26,009 nt of DNA, from assembly GCA_035623825.1 (NCBI GenBank), contig DASPSR010000014.1:1-26009 (forward strand), written 5' to 3'. Below, piece by piece: positions 9,015 through 16,770 of this stretch. A model generated the notes under the pieces. It did no database searches, was not told the DNA's origin, and saw only the letters and a program-made list of their open reading frames with translations. How positions within the stretch are numbered: the stretch's first letter is position 1; each line of letters starts with the position of its first letter. Origin of the DNA: Nitrospirota bacterium (GTDB lineage Bacteria; Nitrospirota; UBA9217). A program made the position numbers and the translations under genes.

Positions 9015-9869
9015 ATGCAGACCGAGAAGCTGGGCCTCGAACACGAAGATCTCCTCCACCAAAAACTCCGTAATATCTCTGTTCCGCTGTCGGAATACAC
9101 ATTCCCGAACCTCTATCTCTTCCGCAAGAACCATGAGTACGAAGTGATGCTCGACAAGGAGGTTTTTATCCTCGGCCGCTCGTACGACGGGCATGTATTT
9201 CTCATGCCCACGGCGGACGTGCGCACGCTGGACATTGGATACCTCAAGGAGCTTATGCGCGATGTCGATTTTCTTTTCCCGATCCCTGAAGAGTGGGTTC
9301 CGGCATTCAGCGCGGATGAGTTTGAGATAACATTCGCAGAAGGCGATGCGGACTACCTCTACACCGTTCAGAAAATGAGCACTTTTGCAGGCAGAAGACT
9401 GCACAAAAAGCGAAACCTCCTCAAACAGTTCATCGAAGCACATGCGCACGACGCCAAGCCGCTTACAAATAACCGGCTTAGTGATGCACGTTTCATCCTG
9501 AAAGAATGGCTGGCGATGACGAATATGAACGAAGATGAAACGGATCACGCAGCCTGCCTCGAGGCGCTCGGACTGTATGAAGAGCTTATGCTCTGCGGCG
9601 GGATCTATTACGCCGACAGCGAACCCGCAGGGTTCGTGCTTGGCGAAGAACTGAACGAGGAAACATTTGTCCTGCACTTCGCGAAGGCCCGGACGAAGTT
9701 TAAAGGCGTTTATCAATACATGTTTAACAATTTTGCAAAGATCCTCCCGCCCAAATATAAATACCTGAACCTTGAGCAGGACCTGAATAGGGAGAACCTC
9801 CGGATCTTTAAATCATCCTACGTCCCGGATCTGATGCGGAAAAAGGCCCGGGTACGTTTAAAAAACTGA
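9015..9869 (+). CDS. DUF2156 / phosphatidylglycerol lysyltransferase C-terminal-like (GNAT-fold) soluble protein
   Basis: SEYTFPNLYLF, DYLY, GRRLHKKRN, VLHFAKA, GVYQ, YLNLEQDL...LRIFKSSY.P. No TM segments. Confidence 0.85.
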   Translation: MQTEKLGLEHEDLLHQKLRNISVPLSEYTFPNLYLFRKNHEYEVMLDKEVFILGRSYDGHVFLMPTADVRTLDIGYLKELMRDVDFLFPIPEEWVPAFSADEFEITFAEGDADYLYTVQKMSTFAGRRLHKKRNLLKQFIEAHAHDAKPLTNNRLSDARFILKEWLAMTNMNEDETDHAACLEALGLYEELMLCGGIYYADSEPAGFVLGEELNEETFVLHFAKARTKFKGVYQYMFNNFAKILPPKYKYLNLEQDLNRENLRIFKSSYVPDLMRKKARVRLKN

Positions 9870-10228
9870 ACTTTCCGGATCCCTTCAGGTAATGCAAATG
9901 TCTGTCAGGTACGTATCTCTTAATGCCGCTCTCCCAGTTGGCTATGATCGTCTGACGAATATAGAGACGGATAAAGCACCGGATTCGATTTGGTCGATGC
10001 CTGATCTTAAGCACATCGCGCGTTTTTTCAGCGTGGGGGAGAGAGTTAAAGAACCCGCAGCGACGTTCGGCATAAAATTGACGATGCAGGATGAAGAGGG
10101 CGTGTTAAACGGAAAGGCAAGCGCCATGGTTTTTACCGTCGCTTACCTGGCATTATCCAGAAACAGGCCGCTACATGAGGCTCAGATTGTATGGTGCTTC
10201 CGGAGCGTCTTTATTTCACAATAAACTG

Positions 10229-10256
10229 TTGATAGCGGAATTGAGCGATATATAAT
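10229..10256 (+). promoter_or_regulatory. Sigma70-type promoter of the MoeB/ThiF gene
   Basis: TTGATA-16 nt-TATAAT, followed by a GGAGG RBS before ATG 10287. Confidence 0.55.
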
Positions 10257-10286
10257 GCGCACTCATGCGGGGGAGGAATCGACGCC

Positions 10287-11021
10287 ATGTTGCTCTCAGA
10301 GAACGAACGGGAAAGATATTCGAGACAGATGATGATGGAGGGCTGGGGCGAAGAAACCCAGACGAAGCTCAAGAAGTCCACGGTGTTCATCGCCGGAGCA
10401 GGCGGACTCGGGTCGCCGGTGTCGATCTATCTTGCTGTTGCCGGCGTGGGGAACATGAGGGTGTGTGATTTTGATTCACCGGACTGGTCGAACCTCAACC
10501 GTCAGATACTCCACGACCACACGAGAATCGGAACCAATAAAGCGATATCCGGCAAGATGACGCTTGAGAAGTTGAACCCCGATATCAAGGTCACCGCAAT
10601 CACGGATAAGATTGTGGCAGAGAACGTGGACGATCTCGTAGGAAACGCCGATATCATTCTTGACTGCATGGACAACTTTCCAACGCGGTATCTCCTGAAC
10701 GAATCGGCCATCAAGAAAAAGATCCCGCTCGTGTATGGCAGCATCTGGGGAATCGACGGGTGTCTTTCGTTCATCCGATCCCCTGAGACGCCATGTCTCC
10801 GCTGCATCTTCCCCGAGGCGCCGCCCAAGGAGGTCTTTCCCGTACTCGGCACCACACCGGCAGTTATTGGATCGCTTCAGGCATTGGAAGCCATTAAGTT
10901 CCTTGCCGGCATAGGCACTAACGTCATGGGTTGGCTTCTTGTTTGGGAGGGCGGCACGACGGAATTCAGAAAGTTCAAGATCCGGAAAGACCCCGATTGC
11001 CCGACGTGCGGGGGAAAATAA
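10287..11021 (+). CDS. HesA/MoeB/ThiF-family (E1-like) adenylyltransferase
   Basis: RYSRQ, GAGGLGSP, DFD, SNLNRQ, DCMDNF, and Zn motifs CLRC and CPTC. No rhodanese domain. moeB and thiF cannot be told apart here. Confidence 0.93.
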   Translation: MLLSENERERYSRQMMMEGWGEETQTKLKKSTVFIAGAGGLGSPVSIYLAVAGVGNMRVCDFDSPDWSNLNRQILHDHTRIGTNKAISGKMTLEKLNPDIKVTAITDKIVAENVDDLVGNADIILDCMDNFPTRYLLNESAIKKKIPLVYGSIWGIDGCLSFIRSPETPCLRCIFPEAPPKEVFPVLGTTPAVIGSLQALEAIKFLAGIGTNVMGWLLVWEGGTTEFRKFKIRKDPDCPTCGGK

Positions 11022-11242
11022 AACGAATCACCTCAGACAATGTGCGAAGATAATGAGCGGGGCTCGGAATGGTTCACGATCTCTGCGGCGCCACGATGGC
11101 GGATTGGCTTGTGTTTCTCCACAATGTGATTATCCAAGGTCCGGGCTGAGAAACCGAACGGGCAATCGTGTCTATAGAATTATTTTGATATTGAATGAAT
11201 GGAGGGTTGCCAATACAGGATAGTTCATTAAGTTGCATGTAC

Positions 11243-11293
11243 TGGTAATTTCACCACCTTTTTGTTGACAGTAACCGAAAACAGGGTTATTAT
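11243..11293 (+). promoter_or_regulatory. Sigma70-type promoter of the signalling operon with two candidate operators
   Basis: TTGACA (11265-11270)-17 nt-TATTAT (11288-11293). TGGT-N6-ACCA at 11243-11256. TAACC-N8-GGTTA at 11272-11289. Confidence 0.6.
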
Positions 11294-11364
11294 TGATAGT
11301 AATAAAGTAGCAAATTGCCCTTCTTTGAGTGATTATCTTTGTCATAACACCATTCTTTCAGAAA

Positions 11365-12282
11365 ATGACTAAATTCGCCATAGTGCTTTATACTTGCTTG
11401 ATACTTATATCGGGAGGATTTGGATGCGATACGGGCAAACAGGCGGCGCCTCCCCGAAAAGCACCGGAAGGGCAACAATTACTGATCGGGCTTATTCCTG
11501 AGCAAAATCTGTTCCGGCAGATGGAGCGGTATGAGCCGCTTGCCCGGTATCTCTCGCAGAAAACCGGGATGCAAATTGCCTTGAAAATCCTTCCTCACTA
11601 CGGTAACATTATTGACAATTTTGTCTCGGGAAAAATAGATGGAGCGTTCTTTGGAAGCTTCAGCTATACGCTTGCTCATGCGAAGTTCGGCGTCCAGGTG
11701 ATTGCCCGGCCCGAAGACCGGGACGGGAAATCGACATATCACGGCCTCATCTTTGTGAGAAAGGACAGCGGGATCAAGTTCATTCAGCATATGGCAGGGA
11801 AGAGATTTGCCTTTGTCGACAGGGCCACGACAGCCGGCTATCTCCTTCCCCTTGCCTATTTCAAACAGCACAGGGTGGACTACAGGTCATACCTCAAGGA
11901 AATCTATTACACCGGGACCCACGAGGACGCGATTTACGATGTCCTGAACAAAAAGGCCGACATTGGAGCCGCGAAAAACACCGTCTATGAGAGGCTTGCG
12001 GAGACCGACAGCAGGATAAAGGGAGAGCTTGTCATCCTCGAACGCTCACCGGACGTGCCGGAGAACGGACTCGCCGTACGACAGGACCTCGATGAAGCCG
12101 TGAAGCGGAAGCTGACGGAGGTTCTCCTGAACATGCAGAACGACGCCGAAGGACGTTCAGTCCTGGAAACCTTCGGCGCGCGCAAGTTCATTGCAACATC
12201 GGATGCAGACTACCAACCAGTTTACAGGTACGAGAGGGAAATCGGCCTGAACCTCGCCACCTATGATTATCGGAACGAATAA
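11365..12282 (+). CDS. PhnD-like (phosphate/phosphite/phosphonate family) substrate-binding protein, probable lipoprotein
   Basis: Signal ending GGFGC, IGLIPEQN, YHGLIFVRKDS, GKRFAFVDRATTAGYLLP, GTHEDAI. Alternative GTG start at 11329. Confidence 0.88.
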   Translation: MTKFAIVLYTCLILISGGFGCDTGKQAAPPRKAPEGQQLLIGLIPEQNLFRQMERYEPLARYLSQKTGMQIALKILPHYGNIIDNFVSGKIDGAFFGSFSYTLAHAKFGVQVIARPEDRDGKSTYHGLIFVRKDSGIKFIQHMAGKRFAFVDRATTAGYLLPLAYFKQHRVDYRSYLKEIYYTGTHEDAIYDVLNKKADIGAAKNTVYERLAETDSRIKGELVILERSPDVPENGLAVRQDLDEAVKRKLTEVLLNMQNDAEGRSVLETFGARKFIATSDADYQPVYRYEREIGLNLATYDYRNE

Positions 12283-13739
12283 TGAAGAAAAAGATCATCA
12301 TAGGATTGAGCGCTTTTTCCCTTATATTTCTCTTGAGTTCGGTCTATACTATTGCGACCATAGAGCATGCAACGACGAAAATGGACAACCTGATCAGGCT
12401 CCATCAGGTCGAGATCCTGAGAGAGCATCTGCTGATACAGATCAAACGGACGCAGTCCGACATGTACCTGAAGGGGACCCCTTACGCCCGGAGCATCGAT
12501 ACGATCGTGAACCACATGAGGACGATGGGCGATATCGTCACCATGTGTTTTTCCTGTCACCACGCCGAGCCCGTGGCGAGGAGACTCACCGATCTCAAAG
12601 GAAAGGTCGAGGATTACAAGATCAACCTCAGCAGAGCTCTCACCATGAACGCGAATGCAAAGAGACTTCGTGCGGAAGAGGACCATGCTTTTCAGGTCGG
12701 TACGGAACTTATCGACGAGGTGGAAAACATCACTCAAATGGCGAACGTGAAGCTCGAGCAAAAGACACAGGCTGCATCCCAGGAGATTACCCGCACCAAG
12801 ATCATGCTCTACATCCTTGTTGTGGCGGTTCCCGTCGCTGTCATTGGACTTTCCATCCTTTTCATTCGGGGATTCACCACGCCCGCTCACGAGATTCTAT
12901 CGGCAACGAGACAATTGAAAAAGGGCGACCTGAGTTACCGGATTGAGGGCCTGAAGGATGAGTTCGGTGAGGTTGCCGCATCATTCAACGAAATGGCGGA
13001 GTCGATCAAAGATGATTACCTCAAGATGCAGTGGGCGGAGCAGCTCGTGGTGCTCGGGGAGATGGCGGGAGGACTGGCCCACGAGATCAAAAACCCCCTC
13101 GCGGGAATCAAGGCGTCCATGGAGGTGCTCACCATGGACACGACCCTCACTGAGGAGAACCGGGATGTCCTCCTGAAAGGGGTGGAGCAGATCAAGAGGA
13201 TAGAGGTACTCCTCAAGGCACTCCTGAATTTTGCCCGGCCGCCGAAGCCGCACTTTATGCCTGCTGATGTCAACAGCGTGCTTGATGTCACGATCGGCCT
13301 TGCACTGCGGCATCCCCAGTTTGCAACAAAGGACTCCAAGACGATATCGGTCGTCAAAGACTACGATGAGCGTCTTCCGAAGACGATGGCGGACCCCCAG
13401 CAGCTCCAGCAGGTGTTCATGAACTTGCTTCTGAACGCCGCTGATGCCATGCCGGACGGCGGTACGATAAGCGTTCAGACATCGCACGACGACTCGGTAC
13501 GATCCCTTCACATCCAGATCATCGATACGGGAAGCGGGGTCGACGAAACGGTGGTTGACAAGATCTTTCAGCCGTTTTTCACCACGAAACCGCAGGGAAC
13601 GGGATTGGGACTCGCCATAACAAAACGCCTCATTGAGCAGCATGGTGGAAGCATTAACGTCAAGAACAATCATGCAAAGGGGGTGGCATTCATGATCACG
13701 CTGCCTATCCGCGACAGGGAAGAGGTGCAGACCATATGA
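12282..13739 (+). CDS. Sensor histidine kinase with periplasmic CxxCH motif, HAMP, HisKA and HATPase domains
   Basis: TM1, periplasmic domain with CFSCH (12546-12560), TM2, HAMP (DEFGEVAASFNEM), AHEIKNPL, NLLLNAADA, FFTTKPQGTGLGL. TAATG overlap with the upstream gene. Confidence 0.95.
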   Translation: MKKKIIIGLSAFSLIFLLSSVYTIATIEHATTKMDNLIRLHQVEILREHLLIQIKRTQSDMYLKGTPYARSIDTIVNHMRTMGDIVTMCFSCHHAEPVARRLTDLKGKVEDYKINLSRALTMNANAKRLRAEEDHAFQVGTELIDEVENITQMANVKLEQKTQAASQEITRTKIMLYILVVAVPVAVIGLSILFIRGFTTPAHEILSATRQLKKGDLSYRIEGLKDEFGEVAASFNEMAESIKDDYLKMQWAEQLVVLGEMAGGLAHEIKNPLAGIKASMEVLTMDTTLTEENRDVLLKGVEQIKRIEVLLKALLNFARPPKPHFMPADVNSVLDVTIGLALRHPQFATKDSKTISVVKDYDERLPKTMADPQQLQQVFMNLLLNAADAMPDGGTISVQTSHDDSVRSLHIQIIDTGSGVDETVVDKIFQPFFTTKPQGTGLGLAITKRLIEQHGGSINVKNNHAKGVAFMITLPIRDREEVQTI

Positions 13740-15124
13740 GGGCTCCAGCAAAGATTTTTCTCATTGATGACGACGAGCTGATCATTTCCATGCTTTCGAG
13801 GGCTCTGAAGACCGAAGGGTACGATGTCCGTGCGCTCACGAGCGCGCGGGATGTGGTGAGCGAGGTCAAATCATGGGTGCCTGCGGTCGTCATGCTCGAT
13901 ATCCGGCTACCCGAACGCAGCGGGATCGAAATCCTCGAAGATATCATGAAGAGCGGTGTCCACACTCAGGTCATCATGCTGACGGCGGATGACACGGCGG
14001 AGACCGCGGTGAAGGCCATGAAGCTCGGTGCCGTGGACTATCTGACGAAGCCGTTCAACATCGATGAGGTGAAGATCGTCATCGGGAACTACGTTGAGCG
14101 GGCTAGGCTGCACCAGGAAGTCGACTATCTCAGAAAGGTCAATTCTGAGTTCTTTGATCGCGAGCTCATCGGCGAATCGGAAGCTATCAAAACAGTCAAA
14201 ATGGAAATTTCAAAGATGGCGAACGCCCGCGTTTCCAGCATTCTCATTACGGGAGAGAGCGGGACCGGCAAGGAGGTCGTTGCACGATACTTCCATCGCC
14301 TCGTTTCCGGTGATAACACATCGCGGCGGGTCCCCTTCCTGGGGGTCAACTGCGCCGCCCTGCCCGAGCAGCTGCTCGAGAGCGAGCTCTTCGGCTTCGA
14401 GAAGGGATCGTTCACTGACGCCAGGGCCGATAAGAAGGGGGTCTTCGAGCTTGCGAACGGCGGCACCATACTTCTTGACGAGATTGGTGATATGAATCCG
14501 AATCTCCAGACCAAGCTATTGCGGATCCTGGAGGAACGGACGGTACGTCATATCGGGGGGAAAGACGATATTGCCGTAGATGTGACCGTTATCACCACGA
14601 CGAACAAGAATCTCGCCGAGGCGGTCGAGAGCGGCGCATTCAGGATGGACCTGTTCTTCAGGCTCAGCACTTTTTATCTCCATGTCCCGCCGCTCAGGGA
14701 GAGAAAAGAGGATATCCCGCTCCTTGCCACGCATTTCCTCACATCCCTGGCCACACGATATAACAAAAAGAACGTTAAAAGCTTCTCTCCGGAGGCCGAG
14801 GAGTTCTTGGTTTCTTATGGATGGCCGGGGAATGTCCGCGAGCTCAGGAACGTTGTGGAACGGCTCGTGGTGCTCGAAAGCGCCGAGGTCATTCTTCCGC
14901 AGCATCTGCCGGACTGGCTTACAGGGCGATCAGTTGCCGAACCGAGGCAGTCAAGCGGCGGGTTTGTGCTGCCGGAGGCTGGGATATCACTCGATGACGT
15001 GGAAAAGGATCTTATTATACAAGCTCTGGACCGTGAAAAGCACAATAAGGCACGGGCGGCAAAACTCCTGCGCATCAGCTACGATACGCTCCGCTATCAG
15101 GTAAAGAAACTGGGGCTGGAGTGA
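13736..15124 (+). CDS. NtrC/AtoC-family sigma54-dependent response regulator
   Basis: REC domain, GESGTGKE, ESELFG, GSFTDA (GAFTGA loop variant), LLDEIG, FRMDLFFRL, WPGNVREL and a Fis-type HTH. ATGA overlap with the kinase. Confidence 0.96.
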   Translation: MRAPAKIFLIDDDELIISMLSRALKTEGYDVRALTSARDVVSEVKSWVPAVVMLDIRLPERSGIEILEDIMKSGVHTQVIMLTADDTAETAVKAMKLGAVDYLTKPFNIDEVKIVIGNYVERARLHQEVDYLRKVNSEFFDRELIGESEAIKTVKMEISKMANARVSSILITGESGTGKEVVARYFHRLVSGDNTSRRVPFLGVNCAALPEQLLESELFGFEKGSFTDARADKKGVFELANGGTILLDEIGDMNPNLQTKLLRILEERTVRHIGGKDDIAVDVTVITTTNKNLAEAVESGAFRMDLFFRLSTFYLHVPPLRERKEDIPLLATHFLTSLATRYNKKNVKSFSPEAEEFLVSYGWPGNVRELRNVVERLVVLESAEVILPQHLPDWLTGRSVAEPRQSSGGFVLPEAGISLDDVEKDLIIQALDREKHNKARAAKLLRISYDTLRYQVKKLGLE

Positions 15125-15137
15125 CGAGAACGACGTC

Positions 15138-15908
15138 TCAATCAGGCATTTTCTGAGGACCCATGACACGGGCCATTGCTTCCTGGGGCGGGATAAATTG
15201 GATGCCGACCCTGAACAAGCTGCTCTGATCGACGATCATGCTCCACCGGACTACACCGGCGGCCTGCTCCTTGATGTTGCTGAATGTGATCACATGCCCG
15301 GGCGCGAGTGGAGACATCGTCAGCATGCCAATCCCGGTATCACTGATATCGAGAACTTCCGCGCTGAGCCGTTCTCTTTGGACTGCATTGCCGTTCATGC
15401 CGGCCAGGGTCCCTGTCGAAAAGGTTATGGCTTTTGCCGTGAACCTTCTTTGGCACCGCCGCTTGTCATTTGTCAACCACTTCACGAATGATTCATAGTC
15501 CCGGTACGCAAGCGCGTCGTTTCTGTACGCGGGCCCCTTCCCCGCCAGGATCTTGTCTAGCGATTCCTTGACTATCTCCAGATCGAATGGTTTGGAAAGA
15601 AACAGGGACGCATTCTCCTGAATGAATCGCATGGTCGTGTCGTCAAGATCGCTCCCTGTCATTATGATGACCTTGGTGGCCGGAGAAACTTGTTTGATCG
15701 TTTTCATGATATCGAGACCGTTGAGGTCGGGGAGATGGATATCGAGAAAACAGACGTCATAGAATTGGGAGGCAATCTCTCTGAGCGCCTCTGTGCCGTT
15801 CTTAACGGTCTTCACCACAGTCTTGTCGTTTTGGAGCTTTGATGAGAGCGAATAAAGAATCAGATTTTCATCATCAGCTACCAGGATTTTTTTTATCGGC
15901 TGATCCAT
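15138..15908 (-). CDS. Response regulator with REC and C-terminal PilZ domain
   Basis: REC residues ADDE, FLDIHL and SKPF. PilZ signatures RRCQRR (RxxxR) and DISDTG (DxSxxG), plus GVVRW...VGIQF. Confidence 0.88.
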   Translation of the reverse strand: MDQPIKKILVADDENLILYSLSSKLQNDKTVVKTVKNGTEALREIASQFYDVCFLDIHLPDLNGLDIMKTIKQVSPATKVIIMTGSDLDDTTMRFIQENASLFLSKPFDLEIVKESLDKILAGKGPAYRNDALAYRDYESFVKWLTNDKRRCQRRFTAKAITFSTGTLAGMNGNAVQRERLSAEVLDISDTGIGMLTMSPLAPGHVITFSNIKEQAAGVVRWSMIVDQSSLFRVGIQFIPPQEAMARVMGPQKMPD

Positions 15909-15966
15909 CGTTGATTCGGGAGTTTCTTGAAAAATGTGAGAACGAAATTATCCTTACAAGATGTTC

Positions 15967-15982
15967 AGCAAGTATTGTACCA
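15967..15982 (-). promoter_or_regulatory. Sigma54 (-24/-12) promoter for the REC-PilZ gene
   Basis: Minus strand TGGTAC-AATAC-TTGCT with exact GG-N10-GC spacing, 58 nt before the ATG, and an A/T tract upstream. Confidence 0.75.
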
Positions 15983-16095
15983 TTTATTTTTTTATGAAGG
16001 TATTATAGCATTTTTTTGTTTTATAGATTTTACAGGCTTTTACAGCCACGGTCGTTAGTGAAACAACTTAAGTACTCGAGAAAATTTCAGAGTAT

Positions 16096-16131
16096 AGGGA
16101 AATTCACCAAATTGTGGTGGTGATTTAATCG
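16096..16131. promoter_or_regulatory. Candidate tandem enhancer (bEBP binding) sites
   Basis: AGGGAAATTCACCA (16096-16109) and TGGTGATTTAATCG (16118-16131) are offset by 22 bp and resemble TGGTAATTTCACCA at 11243. Confidence 0.4.
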
Positions 16132-16462
16132 CTTCCTGTACAAATATAACAGATGAAATCGGAACATAACCTCTTGATTCTTGATTGCAATAAGTGTATT
16201 ACTATACCTTGTCATTATCCTGGTTCATCGTAATGCACAAGATGAGACTGAAAGGAGAAATGACGAAGGCGGGTGCGGGGATGCTTTTTTGCTTTTAATC
16301 ATGATTTCAAGGAGATTGAAAGTTTCCGTTCAGCAAAAATAATACTTTCGATGCGATGTCCTTATATTATTGCCTTTTCATGTACGATTTTTAACGTGCA
16401 GCAACATCACGCGAATTTGAAAAAACAGTCATTTCCCTGGGACCTTCTTTTTTAAACTACAG

Positions 16463-16478
16463 TGGTATGATCATTGCT
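16463..16478 (+). promoter_or_regulatory. Sigma54 (-24/-12) promoter for the glycosyltransferase/TPR cluster
   Basis: TGGTAT-GATCA-TTGCT with exact GG-N10-GC spacing in the intergenic region. Confidence 0.7.
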
Positions 16479-16770
16479 AATATTTTGGACGCATTTGAAA
16501 GGCCGCTCATCTTATCGGACGAGATCCAAATAAGTTCATCTAGGGCCGATACCCATTTTATGGTGTCAAAAAGCACCTAGACCCGCAACTGTTCAATATC
16601 GAATGGACGGGACAGCAAAAGACCCTGTTCATGCAGCCCAAACAGATTGAAGAAAGAACCGATCATCCGGCTGACACCATAATCCTGCCATCTGTGCGGG
16701 AACGAAGGGCAGTAAGTACGCCGGCCTGATGCATGCAGGTGCAGGGTGCAAGCGAGGAACACGATCGTAT

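Noticed and set aside
9892-10224. 110-aa plus-strand ORF between DUF2156 and MoeB/ThiF
   Set aside because: No convincing RBS or motif, and it does not end in GG like a sulfur carrier. Cannot be excluded, but not supportable.
14404-14421. GSFTDA instead of GAFTGA as a sign of a sigma54-independent regulator
   Set aside because: The key F and T are kept and the loop is not deleted; such variants occur in active bEBPs.
15909-16460. AT-rich stretch as a mobile-element scar or island boundary
   Set aside because: No transposase, integrase, tRNA or terminal repeats; explained by the divergent regulatory region.
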